Source of the DNA: the human T2T-CHM13v2.0 reference genome, Homo sapiens
DNA: 64,000 nucleotides
Reading direction: 5' to 3' (one strand)
NCBI RefSeq assembly: GCF_009914755.1
Contig: NC_060942.1
Both the position numbers and the translations under genes were made by a program. The notes beneath the pieces are model-generated. The model saw only the letters and a list, made by a program, of their open reading frames with translations, was not told the origin of the DNA and searched no databases. Positions 16,297 through 36,472 of the stretch are shown piece after piece. Within the stretch, counting starts at the first letter, position 1; every line of letters starts with the position of its first letter.

Positions 16297-16884
16297 ATTA
16301 TCTATATGGCAAAATTAAATTTAGACTCAACAACATATCCCAAAATCAGCTTTAGTTGGATTAAAGACCTAAATGAGAAATCAAAATTGTGCTCCTGTCA
16401 TCATTTCAAGGATATACTTTCTTTTCCACATTTTACCATTTCTGAAATTGTGATTGATTTTTTTATAATAAATGTCAACTTAGACTCCGTGATTCGTGAT
16501 ATAAAATTTTTAGGAGACAATACAGGAGAATACGCTATCAAATTCTGAGTGAAAGGATTTATTAAACAAGACACAAGAAGCACTAACTATAAAGGAAAAG
16601 ACTGATACATTTATCTACATTGAAGTTAGGACTTCTTTAAAAGAGACCATAAAAAAAGTAAAACAAAACAAAACAAAAATAAGCACCATTCCAGGAGAAT
16701 ATATTTGCAACATATATAATCAACCCAAGATTAGAATCCAGAATATATGAAGAACTCCTATGAATCAGTAAGTAAAAATTTTGCAATCAGTAGAAAAATT
16801 AGCAAAAAAAATGAAGATGAATTTCACAAAAAATAAGCACAAATGCCCATAAACTTATGAAAAGATGTTTAATTTCATTAGTAA

Positions 16885-17307
16885 TGTCACACGCGTCCAT
16901 GTGAAGAGATCACCAAACAGGCTTTGTGTGAGCAACAAGGCTGTTTATCTCACCTGGGTGCAGATGGGCTGAGTCCGAAAAAGGAGTCTGCAAAGGGTGG
17001 TGGGATTATCATGACTTCTTATAGGTTTGGGATAGGTGTACAAGGTACATTCTTAAGGGCGGGGGGAGAATATTACAAAGTACCTTCTTAAGGGCAGGGA
17101 GAATATTACAAAGTACCTTCTTAGGTAGGGAGTGGGGAGAATATATCGTATCAGGGTGGAGCAGAAACAAATAACAATGGTGGAATGTCATCAGTTAAGG
17201 CTATTTTCACTTCTTTTGTGGATCTTCAGTTGCTTCAGGCCATCTGGATTGTATACGTGCAGGTGGCAGGGGATATGATGGCTTAGCTTGGGCTCAGAGG
17301 CCTGACA
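16885..17307 (-). mobile_element. Solo HERV-H LTR (LTR7 family, LTR7B-like)
   Basis: Minus strand begins TGTCAGGCCTCTGAGCCCAAGCTAAGCCATCATATCCCCTG and ends ...GTGTGACA. The 5-bp TSD agtaa is at 16880-16884 and 17308-17312, and internal ~33-bp U3 repeats lie near 17045-17140. Confidence 0.92.
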
Positions 17308-17328
17308 AGTAATCAGGAGAAAGTAAGT

Positions 17329-17760
17329 TATTCACAATAGCAAAGACTTGGAACCAACCCAAATGTCCATCAATGATAGACTGGATGAAGAAAATGTGGC
17401 ACATATACACCATGGAATACTATGCAGCCATAAAAAAGGATGAGTTCATGTCCTTTGCAGGGACATGGATGAAGCTGGAAACCATCATTCGCAGCAAACT
17501 ATCGCAAGAACAAAAAACCAAACACCGCATATTCTCACTCATAGGTGGGAACTGAACAATGAGAACACTTGGACACAGGAAGGGGAACATCACACACTGG
17601 GGCCTGTTGTGGGGTGGGAGGGGGGGAGGGATAGCATTAGGAGATATACCTAATGTAAATGATGAGTTAATGGGTGCAGCACACCAACACGGCACATGTA
17701 TACATATGTAACAAACCTGCATGTTGTGCACATGTACCCTAGAACTTAAAGTATTAAAAG
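17329..17760 (+). mobile_element. 5'-truncated L1PA (about PA3-PA5) 3' end
   Basis: ORF2 C-terminus (DWMKKMWHIYTMEYYAAIKKDEFMSFAGTWMKLETII...SLIGGN), G-rich 3'UTR, and the end ...gtaccctagaacttaaagtat. Confidence 0.92.
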
Positions 17761-18134
17761 AAAGATAATTCATTAAGCTATCATTTAATGTGGTTTTCTG
17801 TATCTGCATCTTATTTTAAATAACATGGTTAAACTGTTTTATGTGTAATACCAAATTATACGTACAACAGCTTATCTACTGTTAAATTTTTTTAAATTTT
17901 TATCAGCTGTATTTATTGTATAGCATTTGTGCATTAGATCATGTTTTCAAATCTCTGTGACAGTTAGGTTATCTGAAATGCCAGAAGTTAATCTTACCAG
18001 ATTTGGGGAGAAATAAAAAAGGTTTTTGGTTTCTGTTTTGTTATTGTGGAATCTCTCAAATAAATTAATTGTTAGAAAAAAAACTGCAATGAGATACCAC
18101 CACACACCCATCAGAACGACTGAATTTTTTTTAA

Positions 18135-18471
<337 letters not shown>

Positions 18472-18541
18472 TAATGCTAAGGTCATGCAGTGATCAACCA
18501 GCATTCAGGCACATCACTGGTTCAAATCCAAATCGTACAAC

Positions 18542-19219
<678 letters not shown>

Positions 19220-20042
19220 TTAGAAAACAGTTTGATATTATCTAGAAAGTTCAACGTGCACACACACAGGGACCAGTAATTCCAATGTTAGGTACATGCC
19301 CTCTAGAAGTTCTTGCCCAAGTGCCCTCAAAGACACATACAAAAATAGAACAGCATTGCTCATAATTGCAAAGAAACAACATGAATGGCCACTAAAGGTG
19401 GAATGGATACTTAGATTGTGGTGTAATCATATAATGAAATCCTACTGATTTACATCAACATGGATGAATTTCAAAAATAAAATCTTAAGCAAAGAAACAT
19501 CACAAGATCAAAGTATGACTCTACTTATTCTATTCCAAAAATGATATACTGTTTCAAGATAAAAGCATAGGTGATAACAACTATAAAGAAAAATAAGGAA
19601 ATGACAGAAATTGCAGGAAAGAGAGAGACAGTGCAATCCGAGTTAGGTGTAAGTCTGGAGCAGGGCAATGTGCTGTTTCTTGGCCTGTGTGATGGATACA
19701 TAGGTGTTTGTGTGTATTATTATTTCACAATAAAAACTAAAATAAATGAAGGATAAAGGAGAATGAATTAATACATACACACATCTGTATTTTTTAAAAC
19801 GTTATTGTGCTCCTATAAGCTCTGTAAATTTCCGTTCACACTTAGAAGACAAACTCAGTGTTCTTTAGAACTTTCCTATCGCACTGCAAGGAATGGTTTT
19901 TCAACAAGGCACTGCAGTTTGTTTTGTAATAAATCTTTGTAAAAGGTGAGGAAGAATAAGTTACACAAAATGGGTCAGAAGTGCAAAGAAAAACTAGTAG
20001 AAACATGAGGACTCTTCTAATAAGTCACTCACATATACATAG

Positions 20043-20378
<336 letters not shown>

Positions 20379-21231
20379 TGAACTGGATGGTTATCATTCT
20401 TAGTCCTGGGCACAAAGATTCTTCCAGTTGGTCGATGGACTTTCTTATTTTCACCGGTCATGTGCTGCCAGGTCATAAAACCAGGGATCTTGAAGGCCAA
20501 GGTACGGAACCGCAGCTGCGGCAGAAATCCCCTCTGGAATCTTGTCCTGTCTGAATCCCTCGGGTCATGGGCAGTTCTTGTCAGGGACAATTCATTCCGC
20601 GATTAGACAGGGCTGTTGTTTTACTCAGCAGGCCGACCTATCTAAGGAGACCTGCTTATAGACTCACTCTGAAAATCATGATCCTGTTGGAGAACACACT
20701 GCCTTCCATGGTTTAAAACCGGGCCGTTTAGAGAAAATGTGTTCTGTAAATTTTGTGTGAGAAGGATTTAATTTATTAGCACTTGGTGATTTCACTGATC
20801 CTTTGTAACACTAAGCCTTCATCATCCCACATTTTACATTATAACTAAACAAATAATGATAGTAACATTTTAGAAGCTATAGAGGGGAGGAGAGATTTTT
20901 TAAAAGCACTCACCGAGAAAGAAATCGGCTGGCCAGAGTGTTTGAAAGCTGCTGTACAGCGAGGACCCTGAGGCCAGCCCGGAAAATTTCCTGGCGCTTC
21001 CAGGTTGCTCAGTTCAACAGCCATTGTCTTAAATTATTTTCAGAATAGCCACAAATTTGAATGGAATGTTGGAACTATTGCGAACTGTCCTTAAGAAGAT
21101 GTTCCCAGGGTACGTCTGGTCTCCTTAAACCTTTCAAAAAAGCACGTTTAAACCCCTCCTTTCTTTCTCCTCAGTTTTTGGGTGTGTGCTCTGCACAATG
21201 ATCCCTGATAAGGGATGCTCCTTAAACATTA

Positions 21232-21942
<711 letters not shown>

Positions 21943-22509
21943 TCAGGAAAGTGAAATCTTGTTAGGGAAGTGACTCTATTTCAGCAAAAAAGAGTGGTTG
22001 TCTCTCACACTTCACTCTTCTTTTTCCTCTTCCAATTTTCTCCTACATGAAAGTTCTTCTAATTCAATAAATTTTTGTTGACAGCACAAAGTTTTTTGTT
22101 TTCTTTCTCCTTATTTATCTAAATGGCTTATTAATGTTAGACAAATTTTTCCCAATGTTAGAAAAATTAAGGGGAAGGTGTATGGCTTTGCAGACTATTT
22201 TCTACTCTGGTAGAAACAGAATTTCAGTGTTCTCACTAGGAGATTCTTCCGTCATTAAGTAAAAATCCCCAGAAGTGATGAAATAAATGCTCAGTAATTT
22301 TAAGCACTATGTAGTTATTAAAATTAGCTAATCTAGCCAGGCGTGGTGGCTCACACCTGTAATCCCAGCACTCTGGGAGGGCGATGCGGGCCGACTGCTT
22401 TAGCCCAGGAATTCGAGACCAACCTGGGCAAGGTGGTGAGACCTCGTCTCTACAAAAATACAAAAATTAACTAGGTGTGGTGGCTCATGCCTGTAGTTCC
22501 AGCTACTCA

Positions 22510-22629
<120 letters not shown>

Positions 22630-23541
22630 TTATAAGGAGACTACTTTTGAACCCAGGGATGGCCTAGTTTGTGACCACTAACTTCTAGGAGGACAAGAAA
22701 GCATCATCACATGTCTCAAAGAATACAGGAAGAAAGAACAAGGACAGATTTTCCAATGTTTCCTCGTTGGAATTTCTGCCGTCCCCAACCCTCCCTCACC
22801 CTCAGATAACACATCCCACTCCGGCTCCAACCTCCCCTCAAAACACAACACACACAGTACTGAGACCTTCTGTGTCAGCCCAGGAGGGAAGCGATAAAAG
22901 AAAGGCACAAACAGGGGAGTGGCAAGGAGGAGGCTGACAAGGAGGAACCCCAGGCATCTGCATGCAATCGGCAATCAGCCATCAGCTTTAGTAACCCACT
23001 GCTCTGTGGACAAGAAACAAGAGCAGTGTGGGGGCGAAGGTAGGGCACTGTGAAGAAAACCTTCCTCATAGCTGATGCTGTCACAGTCAAATAATGACCT
23101 TCCTTTCCAAGTTGCACGGGTTCTCAACTTTTGAGAAGTTTTCTGTAATCTTCCTGTGTTCCTGTACCCCAAAACACAGCTCTGTGTGTCTACCGTCTGG
23201 AAGCAGATGCAGCCTGGGATGGGAGTTTTTGAAATGACTCCACAAGATTCTAAAGGAAATTCAAACCGGGAAAGTGGAATTTACAATGGAAACAAACAGT
23301 CTGTCTCCTGCTTTCAGATTGGAGTCTAAATTTAGATCACCATATAGAAGAGCATGCCGGGGCCTGGAAAGCTTTTCCTGCAGAGCTGACATCTCTTTAC
23401 CTCTTCCCTTTTTAGCCTCCTAGAGGACATGTTGTTTTGTTTTTATTATTGTTTTGGAGATAGAAGCCTCCTGAAAAGCCAGCCCCCCGGCGTCAGAGAG
23501 TCTTATCAACTCATTTCTGAGTGGCACTCAAAAACCTCCTA

Positions 23542-24587
<1,046 letters not shown>

Positions 24588-25833
24588 TCAAAAAACAAAA
24601 ATAAAAATTAACTGTGCCTATAGTCTCAGCTACTCAGGAGGCTGAAGAGGGAGGATAGCTTGAGCCTGGGAGGTTGAGGCTGCCATGAGCCTTGATCACA
24701 CCATTGCACTCCAGACTGGGAGACACAGCGAGCCTTTGAATGCCTGGACCAGTTATATGAGGAAAACCGAGCAACCTGGAGATATTCACAATGGCAGTGC
24801 CACCCTATAGTTCCTCTTCAGCCAATGAGCCCCCAAAGGGATTGGTTTGGTGACATGCACCACTCACTCTGATCCTCTCTATTGCCTTCACGCGTCCTCC
24901 AATCCTGTCTGTTAACTAGACGCGCTCCCTGCCCCTCACCCAACTTTGCTGAAGTTGCTCCCTCCTGCAGTGTTGCCCTGCTCCTTGATTCCACCAATTC
25001 TTCCAGGTTCTGTGCAAGTGCTGCCTCTCCTGAAAAGTTTTCCTTCATCTCACCAACTAGACATCATTTTTCCTTTCATTTTATTGAATGGCAAGGCAGC
25101 TTGTTTGTATCTGAAATAGATCACATGTGTACCTTGTATACAGGCCCTGCATATGATTATTTAGGTGTAAATCCAATCTCCCTTTCCAGATTATTAGATA
25201 CTTGCCTGCCTGATGCATGGCTAATTTGTGTCATTTCCTCAAGAGTATTCAGCCCTGTGTCTTACACTGCAGAACCTCTATAAGCACATGATGCACACAT
25301 GGATGAATGTGGCCTTACCAGCAAAGACAGATCTACTCAGTGGGTGGACAGCGTCCTACAGCTATGTCCAATGGCAAGAAAGTTGCGTGACAGTGAGCAG
25401 TGTCCTGGCCCTGTTTCCAGACAGCTAGAGTCCACGGCGTTTACCTCCACCAACTTCCAACCTTGCTTTCCCTTTCTTCTCTCTCTGTTCCAGCCAAACC
25501 CATCTCCTCATTACTGTGGGAAAACATCATACTCATTCCCAGGTCTACAGCTTTTATTATGACATTCGGCCGACTTGAAACACTCTACTTCTCTGCTTCT
25601 GATTGTCTAATTCTTGCCCTGCCTTCAAGGCTCCGCTTAAAGTCCATCTCCACCAGGAAGCCTTCCTTGAATAGTTTAGTCCTTGATAGCAGTGTGCCAT
25701 GAAGAAAGGGAATGGATTAAAATACTCTATCTCTGGGTCCTAGTTTCTGCTTAGCTGCTTGACCTCTGATTCCTCATTCATAAAATGAGTTCTTGAATTA
25801 CCTGATCTCCAAAGCCCTCAGTGGTTAATATAG

Positions 25834-26184
<351 letters not shown>

Positions 26185-26568
26185 TGATCTGCCCACCTCA
26201 GCCTCCCAAAGTGCTGGGATTACAGGCATGAGCCACTACGTGTCTGGTTCATCCAACTAACTTGTAACTCCCTCAAGGACTAAAAATGTCCTTTAATTAT
26301 TTGCAGCCCTGTCATTTAGGATAGAAGTTTTGGTAATAAATGTTTTTGGTAATGATGACTATGACTGATAATTATGAATGCTTGTGCCACTTTTCCTAAT
26401 GCTGCTTTGAGGATGTTGTTGCTGCCACAAACATCCTTTGTATTTCTGGAACGCTGTAAGTAATGGAAGGGTTGTCTGCTGACATAGGCAGTGGTTAAAA
26501 CCATGGAATCCATCCCTTGTTTGCTTGTGACTTTGTGTCTTAGTGTAACTCCTTTAAAACTCAGTTTA

Positions 26569-26706
<138 letters not shown>

Positions 26707-27411
26707 TTAGCCAGACGTGGTTGTGCATGCCTGTAGTCCCAGCTGCTGGGGAGGCTGAGGCAGGAGAATTGCTTGAGCCTGGGAGGTGGAGGTTTGCAGT
26801 GAGCTGAGATTGTGCCACTGCACTCCAGCCTGGGCGACAGAGGAAGACTCCATCTCAAAAAAAAAAAAAAGAAACAACAACAGCAACAACAAAACCCTCA
26901 GTTTTTTCTTTGTTTGTTTGAGATGGAGTCTTGCAGTGTCGGCCAGGCTGGAGTGCAATGGCGCGATCTCAGCTCACTGCGATCTCTGCCTTCCACCTGG
27001 TTTCATGCTATTCTCCTACCTCAGCCTCCCAAGTAGCTGGGATTACAGGCGTACACCACCACACCTGGCTAATTTTTTGTATTTTTAGTAGAGACGGAGT
27101 TTCACTATGTTAGCCAGACTGGTCTTGAACTCCTGACCTCATGATCTGCCCGCCTCGGCCTCCCAAAGTGCTGGGATTACAGGCGTGAGCCACCGCACCT
27201 GGTCAAAAACCTCAGTTTTTAAATTTGATTCTTACATGGAAAGATATCCCAATGTTGGCAGGTACTACTGACTGGCAAACCTGATCTTCAGTCTAACTCC
27301 CTCCTCCCTTATCTACCTCTACCTTATGGGCTATAAAAAGTAGAATGTGGCCAGGTGCAGTGGCTCACACCTGCAATCCCAGCACTTTGGGAGGCCGAGG
27401 CAGGCGGATCA

Positions 27412-28045
<634 letters not shown>

Positions 28046-28251
28046 CATTTCATAGTCTGGTTATGAGGGTAAATGAGATTAATGTAAATCTCTTAGAATC
28101 TCCCAGAGTAAGTCCTCAACAGAAGGTTACTGTTATTATTGAAAGAATGCCTCCACTGGCCAGGTGCAGTGGCTCACGCCTGTAATCCCAACACTTTGGG
28201 AGGCCGAGGCGGGCAGATCACAAGGTCAGGAGATCGAGACCATCCTGGCTA

Positions 28252-28621
<370 letters not shown>

Positions 28622-28785
28622 TCAAAAAAGCAAGAGAACTAGAGCACTGAGCCAAGGTATTGGTCTCTCCTATCTCCAGTCTTCTCCTCTATGTATACTG
28701 GATAAACACAACTCCAACAAAAAGCCTTCCCTGGGGCCCTTCTTTGCCCCTGCACTCATGAAGTTTCCCCCAAGTTAATACCTGA

Positions 28786-29091
<306 letters not shown>

Positions 29092-31476
29092 TAGATAGTC
29101 TCAAACTCCTGATCTCATGATCCACCGGCTTCGGCCTCGCAAAGTGCTGGGATTACAGGCATGAGCCACTGCGCCCAGCCCCTGGTGATCTTTTCTAAGG
29201 CTGCTTTCTCCACTATTCTCCATTTCCTTTTATTTTTAAATTTTTCTGTAGAGATGAGGTCTCCCTTTGTTCCCCAGGCTGGAGTGCTGTGGTGCAATCA
29301 TAGTTCACTGAAGACTCAAACTCCTAGGCACAAGCAATCCCCACCTCAACCCCCGAGTAGCTGGGACTACAGGTACACACCGTCACGCATGGCTAATTTT
29401 TAAATTTTTTTGTAGAGACGGGGTCTTGCCATGTTTATCAGGCTGGTTTTGGACTCCTGGCCTCTAGCAATAAGACTGCCTCAGCCTCCCAAAATGCTGG
29501 GATGACAGGTGTGAGCCATTGCACCCAGCCTACTCTCCCATCTTACCGTCCTGCTTATTTTCTCTTGTAATTATCTCATTTATTTGTTTGTTTGTTGCTT
29601 GTCTTGCCTTTAAGGCTGCACACTTCATTTGAGCAGGATCTTATCTGTTTTGTTCACCAATGCACCTGGGCACATAGCATAGTGCCTGACACTTAGTAGA
29701 TGCTCAATTAATATTTGTAAATTCTTTTTTTTTTTTTTCCTTGAGACAGTCTCACTCCGTCACCCAACCTGGAGCACAGTGATGCAATGTTGGCTCACCG
29801 CAACCTCTACCTCCTGGGATCAAGGGATCCTCCCACCTCAGCCTGTGGAGTAGCTGAGACTACAGGCACGTAGTCCCACACCTGGCTAATTGTCGTATTT
29901 TTTGCAGAGATGGGGTTTTACCATGTTGCCCAGGCTTGTCTCAAACTCCTGAACTCAAGTGATCTGCCCACCTTGCCCTCCCTAAATGCTGGGATTACAG
30001 GTATGAGCACCATCATGCCTAGCCAATATTTGTTAATTCGTTAACCAAACCTCTAAAAGCTCAATGAAGTTTTAGTTCTAGCCTAAAATCTATGCTGGTA
30101 AAACAGGATAAATTGGTGGCTTATTGCTCACATGTCAGAAGGCTCCTTTGTTTTATAAAAAGATTCAAGGCAGATTTCAAAAAGAATTAAGCTTCACTTT
30201 CAAAAATTCCTTTTATGTTCAGATTTTCAGGAACATGGAAACGGTATTACAGGAAGTGATCTACATCTTATCGCTCCCACATGTGCAGCATTTAATATGT
30301 AAAGATTGCTAAAGATGCTATGTCTCCCAAACTGTGTGTACTTCTCATTAAATGTTTTTCTGTCTCCTTTCATTGGGAAAAGCCATAAAATGGCAAGGCA
30401 GGTGAATAAACAGCAGTGACAATTCTTTTTTTTTTTTTTTTTTGAGACGGAGTCTCGCTCTGTCGCCCAGGCTAGATAGAGTGCAGTGGTGCGATCTCGG
30501 CTCATTGCAAGCTCCGCCTTCCGGGTTCATGCCATTCTCCTGCCTCCGAGTAGCTGGGACTACAGGTGCCCGCCACCACGCCAGGCTAATTTTTTGTATT
30601 TTTAGTAGGGACGGGGTTTCACCGTGTTAGCCAGGATGGTCTCGATCTCCTGACCTCGTGATCCGCCCGCCTCGGCCTCCCAAAGTGCTGCGATTACAGG
30701 CATGAGCTACCACGCCTGGCCTGTTTTATTTTATAATTGTATGAAGAATAAAGTAAATTAATGTTTATAATAACATATGGTATAGAAATTCCTAGGAGCT
30801 GAACTAAAGCAAACTAAAAAACAAACAAACAAACAAACAAACAAACAAAAAACTTATAATGAGTATTTGTGAGTTAGGCATATTTTATCTTTTAGTATAA
30901 AATACAAATATAATTTTGTATGGATATCTCTAGTTAATTTTCATTCATTGATTACTCCTTACATCACTTAAGTCAGCAGGTTCATTTCCTTTTGAAATAT
31001 GCTGATGCAGAAAATAGCAACTAACTGAGCCAGTTTTGTGACCAAAGATAGCTAGTCACAGTGGAGCTAGTTGGGAACAGAGCACAAAGCCCTGACTCAC
31101 CGTGTAGCCTTTCCTCGTTGTGAAACCTTTCTCCTTCCTGTTTACATTTTCACTTCAGCCAACATATATTGCGTACCTAGAAGGGGGCTAAACATAGCAC
31201 AAGGTAGAAACCAATAAGGCCTGGGCTGTTTGGCTTTCCCTCCCAGGACTCATATAGTAGGATCTTCCCTCTAACACAATAAAGGAATTTGGATTTTGTG
31301 CAGCTGCGAAAGGACAAATGCCCACTGCAGGGCTAAAACTCCAAGCAGAAGTTATCAAGTGGAGGCAAACATTTTGCTTCTTGGAAGTTGCTCTTTATTA
31401 GACTTTGGTGGTAAAGATATGTTAGTTCCAACTACAGATTAAGATGTTTATGGTCTCTTACAACCATATTGTTTAG

Positions 31477-31782
<306 letters not shown>

Positions 31783-31881
31783 TGATCCGCCCGCCTCGGC
31801 CTCCTGAAGTGCTGGGATTACAGGCGTGAGCCAGTGTGCCCCGCCTGTTTATTTATTTATTTTTTGAGATAGGATCTCTTC

Positions 31882-32303
<422 letters not shown>

Positions 32304-33136
32304 CTACAGGCGTACGCCACCATGCTTGGCTAATTTTTAATTTTTTTGTAGAGATGGAGGTCTCACTTTGTTGCCTAAGCTGGTCTCAAACTCCTGGGCT
32401 TAAGGGATCCTTTTGCCTTGGCCTCGCAAAGTGCTGGGATTACAGATGTGAGCCACTGCACTCGTCCAAGAGCATTTAAACATACATTAAATCATACTGC
32501 TACCCAAAAGATTTCTTCTAAGTATTCAAATTTTCCTAACCTCTAATCTCTGTGGCTTCTCTGAGTGTGGCTGTAATTCACTGGATAATAACAACAAACA
32601 CATAGGCTTAATAAGTGCTTTACATGTATATTAACTCAATCCTCCCAACGACTGTAAGTGTTAGAGTTTATTATTATCTCCATGTTACAGATGAAAAACT
32701 AATGCCCTTGAGATCAACTACTTTGCTTAAGGCCACGCAGCTCAGAATGGCAATTGGACCCCAGTAGGCCCCAGAGCCTGTATCATCAGCCACCACAATA
32801 TACAAGCCTAATTAGCTCACATGAGAAACTTTGCATAATGCCTTTGAAAAATTTAGTTTTTCCCTTACATTGTTTTCTGTTCTGATCTATTCACATGTTT
32901 AAGCCAGAAAAACAACGTTATCTCAATCATTAGGAATACAGAACTAGGAAACATTTAATATCTATTATGCAGTATAACCAAAAGAAATCTTGAAAAAAAA
33001 CACAAGAGAGGTATCTTTTTTAGGCCTCAGAAGGACTTAGGGAAAGGGAAAATGTCCTTTCCCTTTCAATTATAAAGGTGATGTTTAATTTCTTGGGAGA
33101 GGGTAGTCTTGTCATTTTTTTTAGTCATTTTTTTAA

Positions 33137-33325
<189 letters not shown>

Positions 33326-34182
33326 TAGTAGAGACGGGGTTTCTCCATGTAGGTCAGGCTGGTCTCGAACTCCCGACCTCAGGTGATCCACCTGCCTCAG
33401 CCTCCCAAAGTGCTGGGATTACAGGCGTGAGCCACTGCGCCCGGCCCTTCTCATCTGTTTTTTACAGCTCACAATACTATAAAGAAACAAACTGACATTA
33501 AAAAATGAACATGAAAGGATCCACCCAATCTGAATTTAAAAGAAGACAAAAAACATAGGGTTTTTCAAAGGTAAACAGTAACCACATCACTCCTGAGCTT
33601 TTATTCCTGCATTATGTAAATCAGAAACTCTAGACAGTCTAATCAAGTCAAATTATGCTCATCACACCCGAAAGCAACCATTCTGAAGTATCTCATTTTT
33701 TCTTCTTGCTCTCAATTCTACCTGACATTCATTGTCTGGTGTTTCCTTCCATGTCTGTAAACTCTATTTCTGCACCTTTCCGTATAGTCTCCTTTTATTG
33801 CTTGTCATTACAGATGTTTTTCTTACTCTTAATCTTTCACTTAATTTCCCCCCAGGCCTTTGCTACTCAGTTCTTGCTTTATTGAATTTTAGTCATTCAT
33901 GATGTATTGCATTTTCCCCTGGAGATTCTAGTTTGAGTCATTTGGAAAGATGCTCTTTCTTTAAAACTACCTATTGGGTACCATACTAGCTACTTGGGTG
34001 ATGGAGTCATTTATACTCCAAACCGCAGCATCACAAAATATACCTCTATAACAAACCTACACAATCCTGCAGTAAAATTTGAAAAAAAGAAAAAAAAAAG
34101 TAGGATAGTCTGGAAAATTATCACTGATGAGCTGATTCTTGAATAGAAATATGAAATCATTCAAAATGTTTTAAATGTATCA

Positions 34183-34698
<516 letters not shown>

Positions 34699-36232
34699 TC
34701 ACTTGAATGCAGGAGGCAGAGGTTGCAGACAGCCAATATCGCACCACTGCACACTCCAGCCTAGGCCACAGAGTGAGACCCCGTCTCCAAAAATAATAAT
34801 AATAATCCTGACAATCATATTTTTATTAAAATGAGTAAGTGGATTAGATGGGGAGAAAAGGTGCTCTTTCTTGATAACTGGCAGACCGAGGTGACCTCTA
34901 TGTCAGGAGACGATTGTGGCATTGTCCTCACCACTGTTCGCCAGCCATCTTTGTCTCTGCAGGGGCGGCACAGCTGGAATTCTGAAAGAACCTGCTCCTC
35001 TAAAACATAGATCCCAGATCTGAGCTTTAAGGGCCTTTGTTAAAATAAAATGTGTTTTTCCAAAGGGATTAGCATTTTACACTAGTAATCCTCTCACTCA
35101 GCTTGGAGGGCACAGAGGAAATGCAGCACAAACATGAACATCTTGAGGAGGCTCGTTCTTGGGATGGGTGGGTTGTCATGGGAGGCATATCTAGAACAGG
35201 TATCAGAACCCGAGGGGCTGGAGATTTGATCAACCAGGAACCAGTATCAGGTGAGTAGGCTCCAGGCAGAATGCACAAAAGGAAAGTGTGGAGTACAAAC
35301 AAGAAGAATGAAGCTGGACCAACTGCTCTGGGGCTCACTTATTAGTTACATATATTGGGAGCTGTTTCTGTGGGAGAAATGGATCCTAACATTCCCCAGC
35401 TGTCCCGCCACCTCCGTCAAACCTCAGGAAAGCAGCGTAAAACCTGCTTTGTAGAAAGAAAATTTCTTCCATAAAGTGAGGCATCCCGTTGCTTTAATTA
35501 TCCCAATACTCAGAGTGAAAATATGATCTTATATGTTTATTTGCCTAAAACTTAACTCCAGTTGTCACAACAAAGCAAAGTGAAGGAGGAAGTAAGACCC
35601 AAAAACATATTTTATAGACAGCTGCCATCTGTCTTGATGAAACTATTAAAGCCTCCTCAAGAACAAGCCTCTTGTCCTGATTCTTATCTTCTGTTTTATC
35701 CTCTCCCACTTTTCATCTGTCCCTCGGCTCAAATGACAGTGATTACAGCCATAGTAGTAAACTCTGAGGAGAAAGAGACTAATGGGAATTTCCTTTTTCC
35801 AAGGCAGCACAATAGAGGAAATCCTTAGGTTTTTTGGGGAGCAGCTGTCATTTCCACCAGCCAACCTAGTCAAGGACATGTGTTCTCTGAATACTCTAGC
35901 AGCAGGTCACAGATTCATTGAACAAAGGTGGGTTCCCACCTGTGGGCTCCTGGGCTGTGGGAAAGAAAATAACAATGGTGGAAGTGTTGAGAGACTTGGT
36001 TTCATTCTTCCCTCCCTTACATATCACTTGACCCTGATGGCTTGATTGACTTCACCTCCCTTAACATTAGTTTGCTTATCTATAAAATGAGGTCAGTAAC
36101 CTGAGCACAAACTGCCTCACTGGGGTGACGTATTACTTGACGCACATGAAAGTACTTAGAAACATATTTCATACACAAAATAGTTTCAGTAAATTTTGTA
36201 AGGCAACCCCAGTAAGAAAATCCCACAAATAG

Positions 36233-36472
<240 letters not shown>

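Noticed and set aside
17373-17555. L1 ORF2 fragment as a CDS
   Set aside because: It is only the C-terminal ~60 codons of a 5'-truncated L1 and cannot encode an active protein.
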